A stretch of 64,000 nt of DNA, from assembly GCA_964016885.1 (NCBI GenBank), contig OZ024742.1, positions 26,846,001 to 26,910,000 of the forward strand. Reading direction: 5' to 3'. Positions 15,204-28,600 of this stretch are shown one piece after another. The position numbers and the translations under genes were made by a program. The DNA comes from Eledone cirrhosa. Lineage: Eukaryota. Numbering within the stretch: position 1 is the first letter of the stretch; each line of letters opens with the position of its first letter. The notes beneath the pieces were generated by a model, which was not told where the DNA came from, searched no databases, and saw only the letters and a list, made by a program, of their open reading frames with translations.

Positions 15204-16025
15204 TTATATATATATATATATTTAGAAGTATGTATTTATATTTATATGTATATATATATATATATTTACATGTATATAATTATATATATATATATATATG
15301 TATTTATATGTGAATATATATATATATATATGTATTTATATGTGAATATATATATATGTATATTTATAGAGGAATATATTTATACACATGTTTTCTAAAT
15401 TTAAACAGTTATAACGTAGCCACAGACCGCCAACAATGAAGAAATATATTCGTTTACATCTTTCTATAGTAGGAAGTCAGGCTTAATATCTCGGATGGTA
15501 GTCCTTCAGTATAAATAGAATGAGAATGATCGTATGACCTATAGGGGAAGGAACAGAAATTACTTTTGAGAAAAACGAGTTCATATTCAGTCAAAATGTG
15601 TTTGTGTCTCCCATAAATGCACAGTTTTAACGCCTGAGTAAACAGTTCTCTCTCAGCTATAGTCTGTGTCAGTGCGTGTGTCAGTGGGTGTGGGTGTGAC
15701 AGCTCACACTTATGTAGGGTTAGCTGGCCTCCTTCAAGGTATATCTCGTTGGAGGTGTCTAGGGTCATTTAATGATAGGGAACCCAGTCCTATCATCTCA
15801 TTTCTACAGCTGAGTGAGCTGCAGCAACGTGAATAAAGCGTCTTGCTCAAGGAAAGATCACATCACCCGCTCCGAGAATTGAACTCACAACCAATCGATT
15901 GCAAGCCCAATGCTCTAACCACTAAGCCATGTGCCTTCACACAGCTATAGTACAGAACATGTAATCTCAATCTCGGTTTAGTGTGCCAAGTCATACATCT
16001 GTCATTACCACACACACACACACAC

Positions 16026-16177
<152 letters not shown>

Positions 16178-16425
16178 GTCTATCTCTCTCCCTGTGTATT
16201 ACATAATCTCTCTATATATATATATGTATATATATTCAGGGAGTGTAACTTGGAGTTTCTGTAATCATTTTTCCTTACCATTATAAGGGGTCTGACGAGC
16301 CTGGATTACCGAGTTGGGGTAGATCGATACAGTTCGAACTCGAACCTTGAGCTGATCAGTGGCAAAACGCGTGTCACTAACCAATAAACGTAATGAAAGA
16401 GTAACCACTCGTCGTTGTTTTATTT

Positions 16426-16532
<107 letters not shown>

Positions 16533-16708
16533 GAGAGAGATATAGATATATATAAATAAAATCAAGGGAAAGCAAATAAAGAAAAAATGTTAAAATAAAT
16601 TTCAAAAAAGTCACTGTACTAACTATATGTGCCTTTACCACACTTGCATACGGTCGGACTATACTGGTATCCCTATGTGTATTATTTACATATAGGAACA
16701 CATTCTTT

Positions 16709-16792
<84 letters not shown>

Positions 16793-17094
16793 AAAGAATG
16801 TGTTCCTATATGTAAATAATACACATAGGGATACCAGTATAGTCCGACCGTATGCAAGTGTGGTAAAGGCACATATAGTTAGTACAGTGACTTTTTTGAA
16901 ATTTATTTTAACATTTTTTCTTTATTTGCTTTCCCTTGATTTTATTTATATATATCTATATCTATATATATATATATAATAAATTTGAAGACTAAAATCC
17001 AAAGAGGGCTCGATAAGGATAAATATATATATAAGAACCGTAGAGCAAATTCTGTTATTTTAATAAATATATATATATATGTATATGTATATAT

Positions 17095-17256
<162 letters not shown>

Positions 17257-17599
17257 GAATAAAATTAAAGCAAGAAGACAGTACTCTAATTTTAATCATA
17301 CGTTTCCCATTTACAACAACGCCGTTTGCCATTTTTCATATATATATATGTATATATATATATATATCCGTCAGTTGATATGTTTTATGAGAGTCAATTT
17401 TAGATTGAATATCTACTAAGTGTAGCTTCATTTCAAAAGTTTATATCTCCCGCAACGAAAAATGTAACGTTTCTTGGGAAAATAATGACGCTTATATAAC
17501 AATTCTAAACTGTTATATTAGTGTTATCACCTTTGTCTGTGTAGGATACATTTATGTATAGGATCTAATATAAAAACATAACAAGATATATATATATAT

Positions 17600-19040
17600 A
17601 TATATATTGATATTGCATAGAGAAGTAGAATTGAGATACACAAAACCTGTTGTGTTGGATTTTGTTAGGTCAATGTGGAATCTAGCAGAGAACGATCTAA
17701 TAAAATAGGATATGATGCCATATGTTCAAATAAGAACTTTCATTGATTGCCTATCTAATATGGCGGTTTTTTGAAGTTATATTATCTTTTCAAATACGTA
17801 ATAAATTTTCGGTATTTCGGAAAGCTCTCTACCCTTTTATTGAAATAATATGTAGAAATATTAATGATATTCTCAGTGAAATTTTCTTCAGTATGTATCT
17901 TTAACGTAATAACAAATTTGTTATCTTATTCTCTTATATCCGAGATGTGATTTGATAACGATGCTCTAATCTTTTTTGTTTTAATGTGTCTGTATAGTGT
18001 TACCGAATTCTACAATGTTTCTGTTTTGTACAATTGACGTTTGGATCCTATATGATAACTGTAGTATAACATTACTGTTTTAAGAGGCATGCATTTATGT
18101 TCCTGCATCTGCATGTCATCTAGATATGTAATGAATGTTTTGCCTTCGTCAGTACAACTAGGTATCCAACTTGTTCTCTTAATAATATTCCTTTAGCGGT
18201 TGCTGCGGGTGAAATAATTCACTATTGAGTCTGAGTATTCTTATTGGTAGTCTTGAATCTTAAATAAAAAGAGTCATTTAACCTAATATCATTGCAACAT
18301 TTCATAAGTATGTGAGGCAACGGGTTAGAAATGTATGTGAGTTTATATTTGGAACTATAGGCAGCGAATTGGCAGAGTCGTCAGAACGTCGGATAGAATG
18401 CCTTATGGTATTTGTTCCGGCTCCCTGCTTTCTGAGTTTAAATCCCACCGAGTTTAAATCCCACTTTCATGATTTGGTGGTCTATAAAATAAAAGTACCA
18501 GTCTAGTACAAGGTGGATTATTCCTCTATATCTCTTTCTCATTTCCTTTCCCCCAGTTTCTATCTTTCTCTGGAAGAGATCTGCTGTACTCAGGCCTGGG
18601 GAGAGATGGGATCCGCCAGGCTTAAAAACGCCCAAGAAACGCTGTATGTAAAAATGGCGCCACTATGACTCTATCAGAAGTTAAGGGACCATACATACAT
18701 ATATATTTGTAACTACAAACGGATATATGTCTTCTCTTAATAAAGGGCTACATTATGAAATACTTCAAAATGACAGGTGATGTATTTTTCAATTTATATT
18801 ATTAACGTATTTCGGAAAATGGGTGGATGGCAAGAATCTCAGTAACAAATCCAGCTATTTCGCATATTCAATAATGTTTGGATTTTTCAGAAAAGTTACT
18901 ATGGAAATTTTAGTATTGAACGTTGAGAATCTTTTCTAGATTTCTAAATATTGCCCTTAAATTTACTGATAATTGTCTAACAAATTAATAGTTCCCTGTT
19001 TTACGGGATTAATTTGTCTACATTTTGAATATGAGACATT
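17600..19040 (-). pseudogene. Decayed Penelope-like element fragment (RT thumb, Cys linker, GIY-YIG region), interrupted by a SINE at about 18357-18690
   Basis: Manual minus-strand translation gives DSCHPPIFRNTL...EVFHNVALY (cf. PLE thumb SNHPP...EIFN.AAPYY). It also gives MTCRCRNINACLLKQ*CY at about 18068-18119 (cf. CxCRxxxxCPLxxxC linker) and ASLSNHISDIRE*DNKFVITLKI (cf. PLE endonuclease T.LS.HIW.LK....I.W.I). Multiple stops and frameshifts. Confidence 0.7.
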
Positions 19041-19114
19041 ATTCGATGATCCTGTAGTAAACAGGTGAAACTCCAGAGTGAAGGTCTCGTCACCTAGCCA
19101 CAATAATATTTATA

Positions 19115-19161
<47 letters not shown>

Positions 19162-19232
19162 CGTCAAACTAGTACCAACACTGTTCGTACTGCACTCTTT
19201 GTTATTGATTTTGTTTTTTGTTTTTTTACTTG

Positions 19233-19279
<47 letters not shown>

Positions 19280-20689
19280 GCACACACACACAGTGAGAGA
19301 ATCTAAAGAGAATATGATTAAAATAGAAAGAGAGAACTGGTAAGTCACGAGAGTTATAGCCATATAGAAAGGTACAGCCATAAATATAATTATCCTCACA
19401 TTATCATCTGAAGCTGTTCAGCCGATTACTAGAGATATTAATATTTTACTACAACATTCTGTTTATTTATACATATACACATTCGGCCTGTCTTTATATG
19501 TGTATGTCAATCTATATACCCTCACTCCCTCTCTGTCTCACTCTCTCTGTCTCTCTCTCTCACTCTCGCTCTCTCGCTCTCGCTCTTTCGTTCTTGCTCT
19601 CTCTCTCTCTCTATATATATATATAGGTTCAGTAATATTCCCGATATATATATATATATGTATATATATGAATGTATGTATAGTATATTTGGCAATATAC
19701 CGTATGTTTAATTCCAAATATTTAGAAGACCATACGCTATCAGTTTTAAAGTAGTGATATGTCACTTACTTCTTATATATATATAAGCGGAGCGAGGTAC
19801 ATATGCGTGGATTAGCTCGGCGTAAGCGAAAGTCATCCTTTTTTGTGTCTAGTTATTTTGTATTCGTAATTTCGTAATGCCTGACTTGTTTGTGTATTTG
19901 TAGACTTAAGAATATATTAATGTTATAATCCTGGAATTAGGTGACCAACACTTTATGTAAATCTACCATATAAACAGTCAAGTCACACTGTAGTTTGTAG
20001 TGTTGTAATAAATGTGGAAATCAGGGTTCAAGTTAATGTTCATATGTATTCAAATCCTAGTCTGCATTTATCAGGTGTAATTGATTATATCCCTTCCATG
20101 AAATAGGGTGGATAATTTATTTGGATTGGTATAATCGTTAGAGCATCGGTCACCTAGCCTTGTGGCATAGAGTTACGGCCTTTTACTGTCTGAGCTCTAA
20201 TGCCGTCGAGACTAGTTTTGCCTTTCATCGGTACGGGGTCGTTACAATAAAGCAAAGCACCAGCAATGCACTGTGGTCGATTTAATCGACTTCCCCTCCC
20301 CTTCAAATTGCTAGCCTTGTACGTAAAGTAAAAATAATGATTATACATTGTATATCTGTATATTCCCATACATTTCAACGGACCTCAACCAGGGACCTGG
20401 GATGGGTCATGGTTTGTTATGACACATTGTTCAGCTCTATAAATAACTGATTGTTACTAAATATATAATGGATGAAGTTAACCTTTTGTCCATGGATACA
20501 GCGTGGTTTGCCCTCCCAACATTACATTGACAATGCTCTTTGCAAAATGGGGGCAGTAATAGTAAGTGCGACTTTTAACATTTCTTTTATACGAAGTCTA
20601 CCTGTCATGGGATCCAAACGTTTGCCAGTCCCTTTGTTTATCAGGCTCAGTGCTCCAACTACAATTGATAGTACTAGATATGAAGTTAT

Positions 20690-21365
20690 AACATTAGATG
20701 TGACATCTCAATACTATATATGGTCAAACGACGACGTAACGACTGATGAAACTTATTCAATCAGGTAGGTGTGAGGTCACAACATTATATGTCGGATATA
20801 TAATGGTGGTGGATTGGCAGTATGGGTAGAGGGTCAGACGCCATGCTTTGCCGTACAGTTACGTCGCTTTACGAACTGAGTTCAAATCCCGCCGAGGTTA
20901 ACTTTGCCTTTCATCCTTACGGGGTGGATAAAACAAAGTACCAGTAATGTACTGGGTATTGCTGGCCTTGTGCCAAAAAGTAGAAACAATTATATGTCGG
21001 ACACCATGCTTTGCAACAAAGAGTTACGGCCCTTTATGGTCTGTGTTCAAATCCTGCCGAGGTTAACTTTGCCTTTCATCCTTACGGGGTCGATACAATA
21101 CAGTACCAGTAATACACTGGGATAATTGCTGGCCTTGTGCCAAAAGTAGAAACAATTATGTTTGGTCAAACTAAGAGCTACCGACTGCTGTAACATGTTC
21201 AATAAGGAAGATGTGACGTCATAACACTATATCTGATCAAACTAACAAGTGTCGACTGACGTAACATACTCAATGAAGTAGATGTGACGTGATTACAATA
21301 TATCTGGTCAAACTGATATGGCGACTGACGTAAATTGCACAATGGAGTAGATGTGACGTCACATC
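20690..21365. repeat. Degenerate about 70-bp tandem repeat split by SINEs
   Basis: AGATGTGAC.TCA..ACA.TATAT.TGGTCAAAC...GACTGACGTAAC...TCAAT units at about 20697, 20767, 21209, 21280 and 21349. Confidence 0.7.
20803..21158 (+). mobile_element. Two tandem SINE copies (second 5'-truncated)
   Basis: Same head, B-box, core and tail. The first copy is flanked by the TSD ATTATATGTCGGA. Confidence 0.85.
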
Positions 21366-21471
21366 ATGGTGGCCGCTCTAAGAGGCCAAGACCAATAACA
21401 AATGTGCCAGTCAGAAGTGAAATGCGATAGCAGTTAATTATTTATTCAAAGATAATCAGTGAAATTGGAGA

Positions 21472-21529
21472 AAAAAATGGCGGCCTGTTTCGACAAGTGT
21501 CATGTTGATAGAAAGGAACATGAATGGTA
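21472..21529 (+). promoter_or_regulatory. Candidate promoter/first exon (YY1-type AAAATGGCGGCC overlapping an ATG)
   Basis: AAAAAATGGCGGCC at 21472-21485, an open frame MAACFDKCHVDRKEHEW with a possible donor G|GTACTT, and CRE motifs upstream. No transcript evidence. Confidence 0.3.
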
Positions 21530-22091
21530 CTTGGGTGTGGTGTGGTTTGATGTGTGTGTGTGGAGTTGGCTATTGGTCTGGTGTAGTGTGTTGTGGTGTT
21601 GCGTTGGTGTGGTGTTTTGTGTAAGTGCGATGTCTTGGTATGGTGAGGCATGTTAGTGTGGTGTGGTCTGGTATGTTGGTAGGATGTGTTGGTGTGGTCT
21701 AGTGTGCTGGTGTGGTATGTTGTGTAAGTGCAGTGTCTTGGTATGGTGTGGCATGTTAGTGTGGTGGTGTGGTCTGTTGTGTTGGTATGATGTGTTGGTG
21801 TGGTCTAGTGCGTTGGTGTGGTGTGATGGTGTGGTTTGTTGTGGTGTGAAATGAGGTTTGTTGTGTGTTGCGTTGGTCTAGTGTAATGGTGTGGTATAAT
21901 GGTGAGGTGATATGGTGTGTTGTGATGGTGAGGTTTTATAGAGTAGTGTATTAGTGTATCTTGAATTGTGGTGTGTTTGGGTGTTGCTATTGTTCGCCGG
22001 AGTGTGTGTGTGTGAGAAAAAGAGAGAGAGAGAAAGAGAGAGATGGAAAGAAAGAGAGAGAGAGAAAGAGAGAAAAGAGAGGGTTAGATAG

Positions 22092-22150
<59 letters not shown>

Positions 22151-22744
22151 AAACAGTTTAGATAAGCTATAGTATATATCCGTGTTAGGATAATGTGTTA
22201 TGTTGTGATGTATTCGTATAGGGTCTATCAGTGTTATGATAATTGTTTCTACTTTAGGCACAAGGCCAGCAATTACCCAGTGCATTACTGGTACTTTATT
22301 TTATCGACCCCGTAATGTTATGATAATGATAGTGTGTAACATGCTCTACTGTGTTAACTTTTATATATGTTGTAGTCTAACAATGTGGTAAGATAGTTTA
22401 TTGTTAATGTCTAAGGTATGTATGAACCTGTGAGGTAGAAAATTAAGTTATAAAAATGAAAATGATTGTGTACAGTGTTCAGGTGCACTACAACTCACCA
22501 AAGGAGCATGTGTAGTAAATAGCATAATGTAAACATGTATAGTAAATAGCAGAAGGTAAAATGAAAATGAAAGTGAACAGTGTATGAGTCATGTTAAGCA
22601 CGCGCGCACATACACACACACACACACAGACACACACACACACACACACGGACAGACACACACTCATATACGTGCGTGTGTTTGTGTTTGTGTGTGTGTG
22701 GAGGGGGAATATCACGTGTAGTTTCGGCGAATTTCGGGAAGTAT

Positions 22745-23085
22745 GGACATTTTGAAGGATGCAGTGTCCGGACAGCTACATACTGGAAACAGGTAGTTTG
22801 TTCCATGCTTCAGCAATACTTAGCGTGAAAATTGTTTTCCGAAAGTCATTGGAGCTCAACTGCTTTCTGATTTTGTAAGAATGTCCACGGATGTTAGACA
22901 TATGGAATTCAAAAAGGTGCTCAGGATTGTTGTTGGAAAGATGGTTAATAATCTTGTGGGTGTCGAGTAATTCAGTTTCCAGACGTCGGAGATTTAATGT
23001 GTGTATGAGTTGTAGTCTGATAGTGGTGAGATAGTTTGTTGTCAATGTCTTGGGTCGGTATGTATCGCTGACGTAGAACATGGAA
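22745..23085 (-). pseudogene. CR1/L2-type LINE 3' coding remnant
   Basis: ORF 22776-23081(-) has LRRLETELLDTHKII...NIRGHSYKIRKQ...RKTIFTLSIAEAWNKLP, the typical CR1-group C-terminus (TRGH..KL...R..FF..R....WN.LP). Confidence 0.8.
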
Positions 23086-23145
23086 TTATGTAGTTTTGTC
23101 TTTTATCTGAATAGTGTATCATTATTATTTGTGTTATTACCACAA

Positions 23146-23533
23146 GGGCGGTGGCTTGGCAGTATCGGTAGAGGGTCGGACGCCATGCTTTCCAGCATAG
23201 TTACGTCCCTTTGCGGTCTGAGTTCAAATCCCACCGAGGTTAACTTTGCCTTTCATCCTAACGGGGTCGATAAAATAAAGTACCAGTAATGCACTGGGTA
23301 ATTGATGGCCTAGTGCCAAAAGTAGAAACAATTATTTGTGTTATTACTGTGGACTGCCGATATCGGTAGAGCGTTTGACACCATCGTTTGCAGTATCGTT
23401 ATGGCCCTTTACGTTCTGCGTTCAAATCCAGCTGAGGTGAACTTTGCCTATCATCCTTACGGGGTCGATAAAATAAAGTGCCAGTAATGCACTGGAATAA
23501 TTGCTGGCCTTGTGCCAAAAGTAGAAACAATTA
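23146..23533 (+). mobile_element. Two tandem SINE copies
   Basis: Same family. The first copy is flanked by the TSD ATTATTT(T)GTGTTATTAC. Confidence 0.85.
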
Positions 23534-23544
23534 TGATTATTACC

Positions 23545-23747
23545 ATTTTGTTGATTGAATTTTTTTTTATTAGTTTTAACACATTTCTATCTTGTTATAA
23601 CATTTTGACACGGCCAAAACCCACTTTGTATCGTCCCGTACCATTATGTGCCGTCTGTAATGTTTTTCTTCGTGTTAGCCCTTGTGGCCAATAAAGAAAC
23701 CAGTATTATTATTATAATAATAATAATTATTATTATTATTATTATTA
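23545..23747 (+). mobile_element. LINE 3' UTR-like fragment with AATAAA and (ATT)n tail
   Basis: GCCCTTGTGGCCAATAAAGAAA, related to GCCCCTGTGGCAAATAAAGAAA at about 13387-13408. Confidence 0.5.
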
Positions 23748-23899
23748 TGCATAAACCTTTCTCTCATAAAACAGTCTCACACTGTACCATTCTGTACTGT
23801 CTTTATAGTCATTTTCATGTAATTCATTTGCACAGTAATGATAGTACTTACATTGGATTATTTAATTGACTCTCTATCACGTTATGTAACCCCAGATAG

Positions 23900-24330
23900 A
23901 CAGTACTTTCTGCAGGATTTCTTCTGTTCTTAAAAATGTCGTTTTCTACAATATCGTAATACTGGAGTTGATTGAAATTCTACCAAGGTTTTACAAGAGG
24001 TTTTCTGTCACCGAACCGAGTGCTTCAGTTATAATTTGTGCCACACCTGCTTTCATATTCGACATTCCCATGACATCTTTTCTGAAGTGAACATTCTTGA
24101 AAATGTTCTCTTTTTCTTTACCGTTGATGTAATGGTCTTCTAGGCAAGCTAAATCGATCAACACACTCCTCTTTTCACTAACTTTCTCCACCGAAGATAT
24201 GTCTCGTCTTGTATTTTTAAGATCTATATCTGTCTGATTCTCTTGGACCTTTTCTGTTCTGTGCTGATACCATTTCCCAGGGGCTGCAAACCGATATTTC
24301 TTGCATAAAGACCAAATCATTATTAATATA
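23900..24330 (-). pseudogene. Decayed 3' fragment of an R4/Dong-like non-LTR element (restriction-like endonuclease domain)
   Basis: ORF 23991-24320(-) reads WSLCKKY...KWYQHRTEKVQEN...RRDI...LIDLAC..D..I..KEKE....IITEALGSV. This matches the RLE C-terminal pattern HW.LC.KY..KWYEH.PE.V.EN..RPDI..LID.A.P.D..KE.EK..P..IGALG. Confidence 0.8.
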
Positions 24331-24409
24331 TTTTTTCGTTTAGTTTCTTTTTTATTTCATCTTTTGGCCGAGTCTCAAACAGAAAGCTATCGTACTTATT
24401 ATTATTATT

Positions 24410-25124
24410 CCCTTTACGTTCTGTGTTCAAATGTCGCCGAGGTTAGCTTTGCATTACGGGAACGCTAAAATAAAGTACCACTGGAGTCTATTTAATCGAT
24501 TTTAGCATCCACCCACAAAAAATAGCTGGCCTTGTGCCTAGAGCAGAAACAATTATTATTATTATTTACATAGGGCGGTGAATTGGCAGTATCGGTAGAA
24601 TGTCGGACATGCTTTCCAGCATAGTTATGTCCCTTTACGATCTGAGTTCAAATCCCGCCGAGGTTAACTTTGCCTTTCATCCTTACGGGGTCGATAAAAT
24701 AAAGTGCCAGTAATATACTGGAATAATTGCTGGTCTTGTGCCAAAAGTAGAAACAATTATTTATATATCGACTGAAACGCGCGGTCAACGACCAGCGAAA
24801 GGATATATTCACTGGATCATCGAGGAGTATTACTTTCGATGTATTAATGTCCATCCCAAAGAGAAAATATCTTGCCAAAGAGAAAATATCTTGCCATCCT
24901 GCACTAGAAGCAATAGCGTCATTATTTAAAAGAACCGGTGGATTGGTAGTATCAGTAGAGAGTCGGACGCCATGCTTTCCAGCATAGATTTATATTCGTT
25001 TAAGGACTGAGTTCAAATCTCGCCGAGGTTAACCTTGTCTTTCATCCTTACGGGGTCGATAAAATGAAGTACCAGGTATGTACTGGGTTATTGCTGGCCC
25101 TGTGCCAAAAGTAGAAACAATTAT
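24410..25124 (+). mobile_element. Cluster of three SINE copies (about 24410-24555, 24573-24760, 24936-25124)
   Basis: Same family. The last copy is flanked by the TSD ATTATTTAAAAGAAC. Confidence 0.85.
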
Positions 25125-25629
25125 TTAAAAGAACTTAATTGTGACTGTTGTCATCGTTGTTGTAGTGCAACACCAGCTCATCATCATGTCATCCCTTATC
25201 TAACAAACGTATGAAACACAGGTACCACACATCTAATTACAGCTGTAGCTCTTCGATTACAGGTGCAGTCCATTTACCTATGCTGCGAAGACACACTCAC
25301 ACTGACACACACACACACTGACACACACTCACCCTGACATACACACACACACTGACACACACTCACACTGACATACACACACACACGCACTGACATACAC
25401 TCCCTTCCTCCTTTCCATTTTTAAATAATTGTAGTGTTTTTCTAATTATTTTATAGTCATTAATTCATACAGTTACTCAATTATTAAATTGCGTATATTT
25501 CAATGTATTCGTGAATAAAGACGCTTGTTGGTTCCGAAAGAAAATGGAAAATATTAAAAAGAACATTAAAAGGGAAATGGAGAGAAGAAAAAAAGAGAGA
25601 ATTAAGCAAAGAAACAAAAGGTTGGGGTG

Positions 25630-28600
25630 GGTCTAACTACACCCTAGTCTAAATACACCTCAGTCTAACTCCACCCCAGTCTAACTCTACCCTGACTACA
25701 GCCTAGTCAAACTACACCTCATGTCTGGCTACACCTCGGTCTAACGCCACCATGACTACACCTCAGTCTAACTACAGCTCAGTCTGGCTACACCTCTGTC
25801 TAACTCCACCCTGACTACACCTCAGTATAACTACACCTCAGTCTGGTTACACCTCGGCCTAACTCCACCTTGACTACACCTCAGTCTAACTACACCGCAG
25901 TCTGGCTACACCTCAGTCTAACTGCACCTCAGTGTAACTCCACCACAGTCTAACTGCACCCTGACTATACCTCAGTCTAACTACACCTCAGTCTGACTAT
26001 ACCTCAGTCTAACTACACCACAGTCTAACTCCACCCTGACTATACCACAGTCTAACAACACCTCAGTCTAACAGCACTTCAGTCTGGCTACACCTCAGTC
26101 TAACTACACTCCCGTCTAACTACACCCTGACTACACCCCTGTCTAACTACACCCCTGTCTAACTACACCCTGACTACACCTCTGTCTAACTACACTCCCG
26201 TCTAACTACACCCTGACTACACCTCTGTCTAACTACACTCCCGTCTAACTACACCCTGACTACACCTCTGTCTAACTACACTCCCGTCTAACTACACCCT
26301 GACTACACCCCTGTCTAACTACACCTCAGTCTGACTATACCTCAGTCTAACTACACCCCTGTCTAACTCCACCCTGACTACACCCTGACTACACCTCTGT
26401 CTAACTACACTCCCGTCTAACTACACCCTGACTACACCTCTGTCTAACTACACTCCCGTCTAACTACACCCTGACTACACCCCTGTCTAACTACACCTCA
26501 GTCTGACTATACCTCAGTCTAACTACACCCCTGTCTAACTACACCCTGACTACACCCCTGTCTAACTACACCCCTGTCTAACTACACCCTGACTACACCC
26601 CTGTCTAACTACACTCCCGTCTAACTACACCCCTGCCTAACTACACCCCTGCCTAACTACACCCCTGTCTAACTACACCCTGACTACACCCCTGTCTAAC
26701 TACACCCCTGTCTAACTACACCCTGACTACACCCCTGTCTAACTACACTCCCGTCTAACTACACCCCTGTCTAACTACACCCCTGTCTAACTACACCCCT
26801 GTCTAACTACACCCCTGTCTAACTACACCCTGACTACACCCCTGTCTAACTACACCCCTGTCTAACTACACCCTGGCTACACCCCTGTCTAACTACACCC
26901 CTGTCTAACTACACCCCTGTCTAACTACACCCCTGTCTAACTACACCCCTGTCTAACTACACCCCTGTCTAACTACACTCCCGTCTAACTACACCCTGAC
27001 TACACCTCTGTCTAACTACACTCCCGTCTAACTACACCCTGGCTACACCCCTGTCTAACTACACTCCTGTCTAACTACACCCCTGTCTAACTACACTCCT
27101 GTCTAACTACACTCCCGTCTAACTACACTCCTGTCTAACTACACCCCTGTCTAACTACACTCCTGTCTAACTACACTCCCGTCTAACTACACCCCTGTCT
27201 AACTACACCCCTGTCTAACTACACTCCTGTCTAACTACACTCCCGTCTAACTACACCCCTGTCTAACTACACCCCTGTCTAACTACACTCCCGTCTAACT
27301 ACACCCTGACTACACCTCTGTCTAACTACACTCCCGTCTAACTACACCCTGGCTACACCCCTGTCTAACTACACTCCTGTCTAACTACACCCCTGTCTAA
27401 CTACACTCCTGTCTAACTACACCCCTGTCTAACTACACTCCCGTCTAACTACACCCCTGTCTAACTACACCCCTGTCTAACTACACCCCTGTCTAACTAC
27501 ACTCCCGTCTAACTACACCCTGACTACACCTCTGTCTAACTACACTCCCGTCTAACTACACCCTGGCTACACCCCTGTCTAACTACACTCCTGTCTAACT
27601 ACACCCCTGTCTAACTACACTCCTGTCTAACTACACTCCCGTCTAACTACACTCCTGTCTAACTACACCCCTGTCTAACTACACTCCTGTCTAACTACAC
27701 TCCCGTCTAACTACACTCCTGTCTAACTACACCCCTGTCTAACTACACTCCTGTCTAACTACACTCCCGTCTAACTACACCCCTGTCTAACTACACCCCT
27801 GTCTAACTACACTCCCGTCTAACTACACCCTGACTACACCTCTGTCTAACTACACTCCCGTCTAACTACACCCTGGCTACACCCCTGTCTAACTACACTC
27901 CTGTCTAACTACACCCCTGTCTAACTACACTCCTGTCTAACTACACTCCCGTCTAACTACACTCCTGTCTAACTACACCCCTGTCTAACTACACCCCTGT
28001 CTAACTACACCCCTGTCTAACTACACCCCTGTCTAACTACACCCTGACTACACCCCTGTCTAACTACACCCCTGTCTAACTACACCCTGACTACACCCCT
28101 GTCTAACTACACTCCCGTCTAACTACACCCCTGTCTAACTACACCCCTGTCTAACTACACCCCTGTCTAACTACACCCCTGTCTAACTACACCCCTGTCT
28201 AACTACACCCTGGCTACACCCCTGTCTAACTACACCCTGGCTACACCCCTGTCTAACTACACCCTGACTACACCCCTGTCTAACTACACCCCTGTCTAAC
28301 TACACCCCTGTCTAACTACACCCTGACTACACCCCTGTCTAACTACACCCTGACTACACCCCTGTCTAACTACACCCTGGCTACACCCCTGTCTAACTAC
28401 ACCCTGGCTACACCCCTGTCTAACTACACCCCTGTCTAACTACACTCCTGTCTAACTACACTCCTGTCTAACTACACCCTGACTACACCCCTGTCTAACT
28501 ACACCCCTGTCTAACTACACTCCTGTCTAACTACACTCCTGTCTAACTACACCCTGACTACACCCCTGTCTAACTACACCCCTGTCTAACTACACTCCTG

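Noticed and set aside
23146-23245. tRNA gene (A and B boxes)
   Set aside because: No clean cloverleaf; it is the tRNA-derived head of a multi-copy SINE.
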